A DNA stretch of 64,000 nt, taken from assembly GCF_031769215.1 (NCBI RefSeq), contig NW_026781956.1:310001-374000 (forward strand), given 5' to 3'. Source of the stretch: Ylistrum balloti. Its lineage: Eukaryota. Position 1 is the first letter of the stretch; each line of letters starts with the position of its first letter. Made by a program: the position numbers and the translations under genes. This document shows, one piece after another, positions 23,640 through 36,899 of the stretch. The notes beneath the pieces are model-generated. The model worked only from the letters and a program-made list of their open reading frames with translations, had not been told where the DNA came from and did no database searches.

Positions 23640-25312
23640 CATTTCCGTATAATTTAATTTTTATTGAGCTATATGTATCTTGTGTGCCTTCGTGACCTGG
23701 CGATCAATTACACAGGTTCTGTGTGTTAATCAATTCATTATGTATAGATAAAACGTACACAACAAAAAAACAAATACACAAATAAAAATTAAAAAAAAGA
23801 CAAGAGCACTGTCAGTACAAACTTCATCATACAGCTGTGGCACCTTCTACGGCTCGTCAGTGATGCTAAGGTCCCAAGTATTGAAACGAAGATGATGACT
23901 GACGAATAAAAAAACACATATCTGGCGGGAAGAGAGGAGGCTGTTCTAGCTCTAAATAGATATTCAATCATTTTCATTTTAATAATGAATTTTATCATAA
24001 GAAGGCTAGACCTGTGTGTCTATTCGAACAGATTATAACGTGACATGGATGTTACGCTAAACCTCGGGAATTAGCACCACAGTAAGATATTCTGAAATAA
24101 ATAATAGTGTACATGGTTAACATTCTAAATAACAAAAAAACCCTGATGTGATGTGTGTCTGTACGATAAAAATATTTGGTTGTCTCCAGTATATTCGTTT
24201 CATTCATATACACACTGGTGTCATGAAAATATTCTCGACCATCACAATAAAATATATTGCTTACCTCAATAAAGAATTTGTTTCATATTCGTAGTTTGCT
24301 TACTGTTTTCTTCAGGTAAGTAAAATTCCAACTCTTGGAGGCTTTTTTCTATTCCTCACCAGACTTCACCTGTTGGTAACTACGGGCAACCTGACATTGT
24401 ATTTAGCGTAACTCAAGAATCGATGACTTTCTGGGGGAGACTTGCCTGACCGTCGACTTGTTCTCTTGGGGGCTGTCAAGGAACCATGCAAGTTTCGCAA
24501 CTACACATAGGTCTACCAATCGCCAAGAACGCTACAGGTAATTACCGACTTCTCTAGAGCCAGGTAAATTATTTACAAATTCCATGATTAAATGTGCTTC
24601 TGATGATACATTGACCCTAGGCTCAGAAGGTATATTCATTGGAACTAGAACCTAGTCTTCACACCTTTGGTATATACCTGTATATGTACAACAGATGTCG
24701 GAGTATCGGCCCGCCCAGAGTTAGTATTTGGACGAATAATTTTCTACATGTGTTTACAGGTCAATGATATAGATAGAAATACAATCAGCGGGTACAAACC
24801 TTCAACAGGTACATATACACTGTAAACTAGTCACTTAATATCTCTACTCCGTTTATTAAATAATCGTTTATAGTTTTATCATGAATAAAGTTAATATATC
24901 CAATGAATAAAGGGTTTACAAAATCCTAATTGTGAATAGATAATAATGGATAATTTTAAACTCTATGAATATATTTGATTGATTTCGAGTCATGTATTAC
25001 CAATTTGTCACAACCTGTGATGTTTCGGTGCCTGATTCACTGCAGTCCCCACAGTCATGTGATTATAATTGTAAAAACGTGTCACACCTCCAATCAATTA
25101 ACACCAATCATTAACCAAATTAAAATCTTATATTGATAGATTTTACTTTTTATAATAAGTTTGGTGACATTTATTTAAGTTTTGTCGCGTGTTATTCCGT
25201 AAACCAATTTTATCGTCATTGTCTCGACTGGTTTTCATCGCCTCTGCTTTAATGGAACTTTTCATAAATAAAATTTCTCGTTTGCAGTGTAAGTTAAATA
25301 AAACAATTTTAC

Positions 25313-25388
25313 CTACGGGTGTACAGCTGTGATAGTGCGTGATCGACAATCGACGGAGAAGTTTAAAACATTCAGAACATGAAGACAT
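25313..25388 (-). CDS. Candidate first exon of the LRRC74-like gene (MSSCSECFKLLRRLSITHYHSCTPV)
   Basis: ATG-initiated and ends at TAG|GTAAAA in phase 1, matching the 22285 acceptor. No homology support. Confidence 0.3.
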
Positions 25389-27614
25389 CGACTAGTTGTC
25401 TTGTTTGAAAAAAAATAGCACAGGGAAGATGTACGGCGAGGTATGTTGATTATGCATAAAAATCAAAATGTAGGATACTTAAAATGTTTCCAAGTGATGA
25501 ACATAACTATTTTGAATGAAAAGACGTTCTTATGGTTTCCACACTATAATTGCTACTTCTGCTCTTGGTCTACATAAAGTTTGAAATGCTTGGATGTATA
25601 CCAATGTATAGTGTATCTTACGCCATGTCATACAAGCGGGAAAATGTGACCTGTGGTGGATGTAGAGGTAACATTGGGACCACGTATGTAAAAAAGGTAG
25701 ATAACTCCAGCACAGTACACCAGGATGTGGTGATGTCCATTCTGTTAGATGTTTTGTTAGGTATAAATCCGTTCAAGAAGGTCATGATAAAGATAGACGT
25801 GATTTCCATTTTCTGTACCTGTATTGATGTGTACTGACGTTGTGTTACGTACAATTTGCTTGTTGCGATTTAATTATCAGAGATCACCAAACAGTATGTA
25901 GTTAAACTGATGTAAATACACGTCGGTGCGGATACAAAAAATAAATACAAATCCTATAATTTACCTGTGATAATCACAGATTTTAATCTAAAACAAATTA
26001 CATTATAGACGTCATTAGAACAGCTGCACGTGCCACTGAACAGCGGTGGTATACCCGGAGTAATTGGTGTTATCATCGACAACGTGAACAGACACAAAGC
26101 ATGTTTAAAAACATATGCTATATTGATGTTTTTTATTTACTCTTTGCGCATATAAATATATCACACAACATTACTTTTTGACGTCTTTCTTGTCTCTTCA
26201 CATTTAAACCACATTTATATGAATTTACAACAGGTATAAGTAAGACATGAATGTTTACTGTTCCGTAATCGCCTCATGAAATATGAATATTGGGGTGTGT
26301 ATATTACTCGGATGTATGCTATTTTATTGAATTTTAAAATGTATAATGTATTACGATGAGTCACATCCCTAAGAAATAGTCCTGTACCGTACCACCGTTG
26401 TTTATTAAATTTAACTAATTGAACCATGTTCTTTTTCAAACAACTTATTTTTCCAAGCTCTAAATCGTTGAGTACTTTAGGTACTTAATTGGTCCCTCAA
26501 TGTCAATCGTTCGGTAATCGAATATACATATGTATTGTTGTATTATTAAAAAATATCTTTGTTAAAAGTATCAAACAGTATAACGACTACAATATTGTAT
26601 TTAGCCTATGAATGGTCTTCAGATTGTAGTTATTGTCATTATGAACGTAATCTGGGTGACCGATAAAACGAATGGTGTCCGCTAGGACGATGACGTCATA
26701 ACTGCATTCATATCGAAAATAAATGCAACTGGATAACATTTCTATAGTTATAATAAATTTCAGATATTATTTCAAAAGATAACAGTATGTAATTTATAAA
26801 AGTATAAAGATATGTTTCTCTGTTTATTTAAGAGAGACGCTTCGTGAAAATATGAATCGCCTACATGATTAGTGTACATTGTGATTGGTGGTACAGTATC
26901 TGAGGCGACGTAAACAGGTGACGTAACGTTAGTCAACAAGACGCCAAAATGACATCATATCCTTGTACAGATCTTACTCAAGTGACTATCATGTAAATAC
27001 AATCCAGGTGGATTATTGGGAGATCATGATACAAAAAGGCAATATTGTTTCTTTAACAATTGACAGATTTTGGCGGTGTTATTTGATAGTTTCTGTTGTT
27101 TCATATTTGATTTCAAAACGTCATGACGTCACATATTGTGACGTAACATTTCTAATAATGAATTATGTTAATGGTTCAATACGTTGTATCACATTAGAAA
27201 CGAAAATAAGAAACTGAACCAACGTATTCATATCGATTTATCACACTGACTAGGAAGCCGAAGGTTAGACGTAGCATGGTCCACGCTAATGAATTTGCAA
27301 AAGTCACCTAGATATAGCTGTACCTTAGAAATGTTCCGTGATTTCTCCCTACCTGCCTGTCTGTGATCTACCGAGAAATCACTCCAGACACACCTGCAAT
27401 TTCAAAACTCGCATGCAAGAAATGGTATATACTTAATTGGGAAAGCCCGAGCCTTGTGATAAAATGTAGGCTACAAACGAGTAGGTCGAGACGGAAAATC
27501 GTTAGGACATGATAGGAAATAATTTTAAAATGATTCTCAATATATCTAGCAGTGATGTTATGTAAGTCTTGAAAATCAAAAACCAAAGATTGATAGCGAC
27601 CAGGTTTTTTCCTA

Positions 27615-28135
27615 TCTTGTGATCTCTGCCCAATAACAATACGACAATAACGAATTTATGACCCGCACCCTACAACAATCTCATGATATGAAGCATATCC
27701 CGACCTTGGGATCTCTGTCCTATAACGAATTTGTGATCTCTATCCTATAAACTTGTGATACCTAACCTATAAGGATCTTATGAGATCTGCCCAGTAACGA
27801 TATTGTGATCTTTACACCACCACAATATCGTGATATTAACCCTATAACAATATTGTGATCTCTGCCCTATAACGAAGTTGTAGTAATATCTTCCCTATAT
27901 CGACCTTGTGATATTTGCCCTATAACGGTCTTCCCATCTCTGCCCTATAACGGTCTTCCCATCTCTGCCCTATAACGGTCTTCCGATCTCTGCCCTATAA
28001 CGGTCTTCCCATCTCTGCCCTATCACTGTCTTCAGATCTCTGCCCTATAACGATTTTCAAATATCTGCCCTATAACGGTCTTCCGATCTCTGGCCTATAA
28101 TGGTCTTCTCATCTCTGCCCTATAACGGTTTTATT
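27615..28135. repeat. 25-bp minisatellite, degenerate leftwards
   Basis: TCTCTGCCCTATAACGGTCTTCCCA; core about 27915-28135. Confidence 0.85.
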
Positions 28136-28189
28136 TCTTCTCTATAATCGACGTCTGATCAGGACAATTTTGTTAATTATATATCTTGT

Positions 28190-31150
28190 CCATCAGTATG
28201 TCCCGTACACCAGTCAGAATTATTAGTTACCTGTAAACATTTGTACCTTATATCTGATCCATCAGTATGTCCCGTACACCAGTCAGAATTATTAGTTTAC
28301 CAGTAAACATTTGTACCTTATATCTGATACATCAGTCTGTCCCGTACACCAGTCAGAATTATTAGTTACCTGTAAACATTTGTACCTTATATCTGATCCA
28401 TCAGTATGTCCCGTACACCAGTCAGAATTATTAGTTTACCTGTAAACATTTGTACCTTATATCTGATACATCAGTCTGTCCCGTACACCAGTCAGAATTA
28501 TTAGTTACCTGTAAACATTTGTACCTTATATCTGGTCCATCAGTATGTCCCGTACACCAGTCAGAATTATTAGTTTACCTGTAAACATTTGTACCTTATA
28601 TCTGGTCCATCAGTATGTCACGTACACCAGTCAGAATTATTAGTTACCTGTAAACATTTGTACCTTATATCTGGTCCATCAGTATGTCCCGTACACCAGT
28701 CAGAATTATTAGTTTACCTGTAAACATTTGTACCTTATATCTGGTCCATCAGTATGTCACGTACACCAGTCAGAATTATTAGTTACCTGTAAACATTTGT
28801 ACCTTATATCTGGTCCATCAGTATGTCCCGTACACCAGTCAGAATTATTAGTTACCTGTAAACATTTGTACCTTATATCTGATCCATCAGGCTGTCCCGT
28901 ACACCAGTCAGAATTATTAGTTACCTGTAAACATTTGTACCTTATATCTGGTCCATCAGGCCATCACGTACACCAGTCAGAATTATTAGTTACCTGTAAA
29001 CATTTGTACCTTATATCTGGTCCATCAGTATGCCCCGTACACCGGTCAGAATTATTAGTTTACCAGTAAACATTTGTACCTTATATCTGATACATCAGTC
29101 TGTCCCGTACACCAATCAGAATTATTAGTTACCTGTAAACATTTGTACCTTATATCTGATACATCAGTCTGTCCCGTACACCAGTCAGAATTATTAGTTT
29201 ACCTGTAAACATTTGTACCTTATATTTGATCCATCAGGCTGTCCCGTACACCAGTCAGAAGTATTAGTTACCTGTAAACATTTGTACCTTATATCTGATC
29301 CATCAGTCTGTCCCGTACACCAGTCAGAAGTATTAGTTACCTGTAAACATTTGTACCTTATATCTGATCCATCAGTATGTTCCGTACACCAGTCAGAAGT
29401 ATTAGTTACCTGTAAACATTTGTACCTTATATCTGATCCATCAGTATGTTCCGTACACCAGTCAGAAGTATTAGTTACCTGTAAACATTTGTACCTTATA
29501 TCTGATCCATCAGTATGTTCCGTACACCAGTCAGAAGTATTAGTTACCTGTAAACATTTGTACCTTATATCTGATCCATCAGTATGTTCCGTACACCAGT
29601 CAGAAGTATTAGTTACCTGTAAACAGTTGTACCTTATATCTCATCCATCAGGCCATCCCGTACACCAGATTTAATAGTTACCTGTAAACATTTGTACCTT
29701 ATATCTGATCCCTGAGGACATCCCGTACACCGGTCAGAATTATTAGTTTACCAGTAAACATTTGTACCTTATATCTGATACATCAGTCTGTCCCGTACAC
29801 CAATCAGAATTATTAGTTACCTGTAAACATTTGTACCTTATATTTGATCCATCAGGCCATCCCGTACACCAGTCAGAATTATTAGTTACCTGTAAACATT
29901 TGTACCTTATATCTCATCCATCAGTATATCCCGTACACCAGTCAGAATTATTAGTTACCTGTAAACATTTGTACCTTATATCTCATCCATCAGTATATCC
30001 CGTACACCCAGATTTAATAGTTTACCTGTAAACATTTGTACCTTATATCTGATACATCAGACCATCCCGTACACCAGTCAGAATTATTAGTTACCTGTAA
30101 ACATTTGTACCTTATATCTCATCCATCAGTATATCCCGTACACCAGTCAGAATTATTAGTTTACCTGTAAACATTTGTACCTTATATCTGATACATCAGA
30201 CCATCCCGTACACCAGTCAGAATTATTAGTTACCTGTAAACATTTGTACCTTATATCTGATCCATCAGTATGTCCCGTACACCAGTCAGAATTATTAGTT
30301 ACCCGTAAACATTTGTACCTTATATCTGAATTATTATACCTGTAAACATCTTATAGATCCATCAGTATATCCCGTACACCAGTCAGAATTATTAGTTACC
30401 TGTAAACATTTGTACCTTATATCTGATCCATCAGTATGTCCCGTACACCAGTCAGAAGTATTAGTTACCTGTAAACATTTGTACCTTATATCTGATCCCT
30501 GAGGACATCCCGTACACCAGTCAGAATTATTAGTTACCTGTAAACATTTGTACCTTAAATCTCATCCATCAGTATGTCCCGTACACCAGTCAGATTTAAT
30601 AGTTACCTGTAAACATTTGTACCTTATATCTGATCCCTGAGGACATCCCGTACACCAGTCAGAATTATTAGTTACCTGTAAACATTTGTACCTTATATCT
30701 GGTCCATCAGTATGTCCCGTACATCAGTCAGAATTATTAGTTACCTGTAAACATTTGTACCTTATATCTGATCCCTGAGGACATCCCGTACACCAGTCAG
30801 AAGTATTAGTTACCTGTAAACATTTGTACCTTATATCTGGTCCATCAGTCTGTCCCGTACACCAGTCAGAAGTATTAGTTACCTGTAAACATTTGTACCT
30901 TATATCTGATCCATCAGTCTGTCCCGTACACCAGTCAGAAGTATTAGTTACCTGTAAACATTTGTACCTTATATCTTAATATACCAGTCAGAATTATTAG
31001 TTACCTGGATGTCCCGTACACCAGTCAGAAGTATTAGTTAGTAAACATTTGTACCTTATATTTTGATTTGTAATATCTCCTAATTACACAGAATTATAGT
31101 TACTGTAAACATTTGTACCTTATAAAGGCCATCTTACCAGTCAGAATTAT
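28190..31150. repeat. 69/70-bp minisatellite, about 42 copies
   Basis: TATCTGATCCATCAGTATGTCCCGTACACCAGTCAGAATTATTAGTTACCTGTAAACATTTGTACCTTA. Confidence 0.97.
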
Positions 31151-32559
31151 TAGTTAATATACACGGACAATTAGTAATGTAGATTTTGATTGTAAATCTC
31201 TAATTACACTATAACACAGTTTTAAACATCTTACCTTACAGCGGTTTGTTATCGATAATCACCACATCACTACAGTATAGATACTTGGTAACAAAGGAAG
31301 CGCAGTCTTTTGCTGTCACATGTAATACAATTTGCAAATCATATTTGATTTTCGATGTTATGTGTCTACATATTGTCGCTGTCATATTTTCTTTAATAAT
31401 TTCGAATAAGTTTTTAATAACGTGAGCAATCACGTGACGTATCTTAATAAATTTAGATTGTATCAACACAAATAAATATAGATTGTATCAACACATACAC
31501 GTGATATTATCTGATCTCTCAATCATAATTTGAAATGTTAAAGTACATCAAAGAACAGCATTAAGGAATAAACATATTGTAAGAAGAAAGTTTAGAAGTA
31601 GGATAGAACTTATATGAATTACTCGTACAAATTGAATCAAATAATCCGCGTGTTATCCCGTTAATTCGCTCATCATGTTACAGTTTGGTGTATTCGTCAC
31701 TAGAATGATGTACCCCGCATCATTTTCCAATGGCTGATCCTGTCAAACATCGATTGTCTTGTTATAATATGCACAATGGCGCCAAAAAATCGCTGCCGTT
31801 GATCTCGTCTAAACTCGCAAAAAAATCTCATTTGAAACGAAGATATACTATAAATTGTCTAATTATTTAAGACAGTGACATGGAAATTTTCTTTGATTAT
31901 AACCGGAGTTCTATTTTATCAGATAGAAAGGTAATTTTCTACTTCGACTTCCATACTGATTTACCTCATGCGTGTGATTGCAGAAAATTGCATCTCGAAA
32001 AATAAATATATCATCTACAAATAGGCGCTAAGCAAGATGAAATAACCACTTCTGGGCGTCATACGTAGAGATATTAAACCAGTTATTGCCCTATAAAATC
32101 ACAGACTTTTGAAATGATTGCAGAGGTCTTAGCGTTCACTCGGTAAAGCTGCACCTGACTTTTTATTGATTTCTTTGGCTCTTTAATTTTAAGTTTGATC
32201 AGATGACAAAACTCAATCGGAAGCCGTTCAGGGTCTACAATTATGATTAATTTATACACATTTCTATAAAAAAAATACTGTGCTGTACAGTCCCGAAAGG
32301 CGATCATGTATATCTGGATACAACTCTACAAATGATCATTTACCCCACTTTTCATTTAGATTTATCTGTAGTTGAAAGCTTTACTCTGCCAATGGATGTT
32401 TTCAACATATTTGCCACTCAACAAACTATCGATGCTTAATGGGAAAACGGCAGTTGGATTGTCTCCCTTTTGATAATTTTCTAAAAACAAATAAGAGCCA
32501 CAATATAAACAATGATATTAACATGGAAATATATACGGATTCGTGACAGGTTACATAAA

Positions 32560-33944
32560 AAAGCTCGACTTTCGAAACTTCATGTCGATATTAGTAAATT
32601 TAAAGCCCAGCGTAATAAAAATCAATAATATGAAAAAATATGCACGTGTAAATTTTTTTGAAAGTGTTAACGATATTATTGACCACTATTCCAGTTCTGA
32701 CCCAAAAGCTTATTGGAGATTGATCAAAAGACTAATGAAGGCATCCGGTTCTTCCCAATCAATTCCTACTCTTGTTCGTCCTAATTCGGATAATGTTCAA
32801 CTAGTTACTGATGATGTTGATAAAGCCAACATTCCAAATAATTTCTTTTGCGCTATTACTAATGTAGATGATACAAACATTGAAACACCAGTTATTGAAG
32901 ATAAAACAGACAAAGTATTGAATTCTTTCCGGGTAAAATCTGATGAGATTACAGATATCTTACAAATTTTGAAATTAGGCAAGGCCTCTGGACATGACGG
33001 AATTAGTCACCAAATGCTAAAGTTTACATCTCGAACGGTTTCCAAACCGCTTAAAATACTTCTTAACCTTTCTCTATCGTCCGGTGTTTATCCATCTATT
33101 TGGAAACTTGCTACAGTAATGCCACTGTTCAAAAAAGGTGATAAGCACTCTCCTTGTAATTATAGACCAATATCTCTATTACCTACTGTTGGAAAAATTT
33201 TTGAAAAGGTTATATATAAAATTATTCACAATTACTTTATTGAAAATGATCTGTTTTACAAGTATCAGCCGGGTTTTATGCCAAAACATTCTACTGTTTA
33301 TCAGTTAATTGAGATTTATCATAGTATTTGTTTGGCACTAGAAGAAAAAAGCATTGTTGTTTAGTATTTTGTAATATTTCTAAGGCTTTTGATCGCGTTT
33401 GGCACCAGGGATTAATAATTAAACTAAAATCATATAGTATATCCGGCGAATTGTAAGGCTGGCTAAAAAATTACCTAACTAATACACAACAACAAGTAAT
33501 TATTTTAATTCATTTTCTGATATTGGCATAATTAAAGCTGGCGTTCCTCAAGGGTCTATTCTTGGGCCTCTTCTTTTTCTAGTTTTTATAAACGATGTTT
33601 CTGAGGTCCTCTCTTCAGCTTCTCGCCTATTTGCAGACGATACTTCCCTCATGTCCATTTCATCTTCTTGTCATGAGATCCAAACTTGGTTAAACCGAGA
33701 CCTAGAGTCTCTAAATATATGGGCAAAAAAGTGGCTAGTTGAGATGTACTTTTTGTTTCTAATGTTTCTAATGTTGATGACTTTGAATTACAATTTGATA
33801 ATGAATTTCTTAATTTTATTGAATGTCATAAACACTTGGGAGTTACGTTTAATTTCAAAGGTAAATGGAATGACCATACTGGTAATATGTATAAGTCAGT
33901 TATGAAAAAAGTTAATGTCTTACGTAAACTGAAAAGTGCTTTTT
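32560..33944 (+). mobile_element. CR1/L2-group LINE, 5'-truncated ORF2 RT region (5' part), with stops and frameshifts
   Basis: LKLGKASGHDGI, NYRPISLLPTVGKIFEK, QPGF, ISKAFDRVWH, GVPQGSILGPLLFLVFIND, FADDTSL. Confidence 0.93.
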
Positions 33945-35523
33945 AGGCTAAACGTACTCAGTACGCATAGCCTATTGCGACGGCCTTTCAGAAAAAAATT
34001 ACCGATCCTGGCCTTCTCATTGGCTGAAATATCGAAAAGAGTTAGGGCCATCTAGCGGCAATTTTCAGCGTAAATAATGCCGCGATTTTTCAAATCACTA
34101 TTTTAAAAACATCCAAAATTAGTTTATTTTTTAAAATAACAATACGATTACTATATATTTCAAAAAAGAAACACAGTGTGGGTGAATTATTGATAAATTT
34201 TGAACAATATATTTTACGGAATTCTCGACATGACGTAAGCGTACAGAACACTGTACGTACGAGTTGGCGCCATGATAAGAAGCTAGTGTGGGGGCTGGGT
34301 TTGAATTATCAACTAACAGTACTTATAAACAAACAAAACTTACAAACAGAACATCAATTTTGTTTTAATCCTTGTCGTTGTGGCAAGATCGTCTTAATTT
34401 ATAACATCACTTTACTTCATTAGACGTCACAAAAGTGAACTGTTCGTCCTACGCGCACACCCGCCGATATGACACTTTTTCAGGATTTTCACACACACCG
34501 CCATGACACTTTTTCAAGTTTTTGAAGATAAAAAGTTTGCGCTTCGTAGGAAAGGTACATTTGGTGTTCATGATTTATGAATAATATATTTTTAATGCTG
34601 TACTGATCATGATGTTGACTCTGTTATAACTTATATTTTTTGTCTTTTAGTTTTATTTGATGAAGTTTGATTGTGCTGATTTCTCAAGGTTTGTTAATGT
34701 ATATCAAAGTTCCTTGAATTGGAAATATTCCTTCAAACAAAGCGCGTATAAAAAAACCCAAAATATTCATGTTTATAATAATCAATCAACTAAACGAAAT
34801 ATTTCCATAACATATTTATTCATTTAGCGTGTCATGGTGACATTATCTAATACATTGGAAATCAGAAATAGTAGTAGCTATGGTGAAAATATTGTAAATT
34901 TTGTATATATGTGGAAGTCTGGTTTAATCTCATAGAACTATGCCTTTATAGACATAATTACTGGAAGAAAAGTCTAACCATGATTCTTCAAAGAAGAAGG
35001 CATGTAAATACATTTAATGTAATTACTTATACTTTTATCTATCTGAAATGCTGTGTATATCTTATCTACTTTCCTCAACTACAAATATAATTATAATAAG
35101 TAAGGACTATTACTTTGCAATACATTCAAAATAAAGAAGTAGGTATAAAGTCCTTTCGATTTGTTTAAATCCTCATATTGATAGGATAGTAATTGAAACA
35201 TCTTGGGTATTTCAAAGGTTTTATTTAGTCAACTTCATCATAGAGCTATTTATCATTTGGCTTGTTGGCGATAAATATATGGTTGTGTGTATTTTGTTAT
35301 TTTTTTTACCTATTTTGATTTATTCACATTATTGTCGTCAAATTTGAAATAAGAATTAAAGAAGATATAAAATCGCTTAAAATTAAGAAAAATAGCCTCT
35401 AGTTCTCTTATTTTAGTAATTTTTGCATTCCAAAGTGTAGGAGTATGGGGAAAGTAATATAGCTTAGCGGTTATTTGTGAACATTTTTCAATACGTTTAG
35501 CCTCTCAGTACTTTCAGTACTTT
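33944..35523. mobile_element. Non-autonomous Helentron/DINE-1 (HINE)-like element nested in the LINE
   Basis: 12-bp subterminal inverted repeats AGGCTAAACGTA (33945-33956 and 35492-35503), partial IR forming a left hairpin 33944-33974, right stem-loop AGTACT-TTC-AGTACT 35507-35521 followed by TT, T-run at left flank, no TSD, no ORF. Confidence 0.6.
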
Positions 35524-36005
35524 GATTATTACCTATTTTTGAGTACGCTTGAGAAGTATGGGATGGCTGTACTGTATATGAATCCAATTTATTAGAGAAA
35601 CGTGAGGCTATGCGTATAATTACAGGATTACCATCCTTTGCAAACACTGACTCTTCATATGCTGGATCTGGATTAGAACCACTTTCTGAAAGAAGGCAAC
35701 GACGAAAACTCTATCTTTTATATAAGATGAAAAATAATTTAACTCCAGAATTTCTAAATTCCATCCTGCTACATACTGTTGGTCAAGACATCCGGTATCC
35801 ATTACGAAATCAGTCCAACTTTTCAATTCCTAACGATAGACTTTCTAGTACAAATTCCTCCTTCCTTCCCTCAGGTCTTCGTGCTTGGAACGAACTGGAC
35901 ATATCAGTCAGATCATCCCCTACTTTAAGTAGTTTTAAACATTCTATCAAGTTAGTTATGAAAGCTGCTGGTTTTGTCCATGATTTTTTTACAATATAAC
36001 CTCGT
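35522..36005 (+). mobile_element. Same LINE, 3' part after the nested insertion
   Basis: IFEYA*EVWDGCT, RIITGLP, LEPLSERRQRRKL, SFLPSGLRAWNEL, SPTLSSFK continue the ORF2 C-terminus interrupted after LRKLK. Confidence 0.88.
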
Positions 36006-36339
36006 CATTTTAGTTATGAAAGCTGCTGTCTTGTCCTGATTACTTACAATTAAACCCCGTTATTTTTGTGTATCTGATTTACAACGCAACCGATACCTGA
36101 TCGCAGTTACCTCCCGTGATCCAAGAAACATTATAATACTAGGTAAATACACGAGTTACCTCCCGTTGTATTCTCTGCCTGTTTCATTGCATATGCTTTC
36201 AATTCGATTTGCAGCTTTCATAATTTGTTTTTAACATCCCATTAAATATTTATCTACCCTCCATAAAATACCATAATCTATACCGTTTGAATAATTACCT
36301 GCCCTTCATGAAATATCTATCTAACCATAATATACTTAT

Positions 36340-36760
36340 CTACCCGTCCATAAAATATCTATATACCCGTCCATAAAATATCTATATACCCGTCCATAAG
36401 ATATCTTTATACCCGTCCATAAAATATCTATATACCCGTCCATAAAATATCTATCTACCTCCATAAACTATCTATCTACCTCCATAAACTATCCATCTAC
36501 CTCCATAAACTATCTATCTACCTTTCATAACATATCCGTCTAGTTCGATACAATACTTATCTACCCGTCCATAAAATATCCATCTACCTCCATAAAATAT
36601 CTATCTACCTCCATAAACTATCTATCTACCTTTCATAACATATCCGTCTAGTTCGATACAATACTTATCTACCCGTCCATAAAATATCCATCTACCTCCA
36701 TAAAATATCTACTACCCTCCATATAATATCCATCTTCCCTCGGTAGTATATCCATCTACC
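36340..36760. repeat. 21-23 bp minisatellite
   Basis: TCTATATACCCGTCCATAAAATA / TCTATCTACCTCCATAAACTA. Confidence 0.88.
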
Positions 36761-36899
36761 ATCAATAAAATATGTTCTACAATTATTCGCCAAATTGACA
36801 TCGAAAATTAATTCTCCGTACCTAGATTTGGCAAACAAAGTTTGACTTAGAATATTAAATATAAATTCTCACTGCAAATAACTATCTGTATACAATGTG

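Noticed and set aside
24350-24700. Additional upstream LRRC74-like exon(s), e.g. NLHGSLTAPKRTSRRS or MNIPSEPRV...SREV
   Set aside because: Several mutually exclusive frames and donors fit, acceptors are weak, and there is no homology; cannot choose without transcripts.
25550-25854. Overlapping ORFs of 95 and 78 aa
   Set aside because: No recognisable motif; lengths are compatible with chance.
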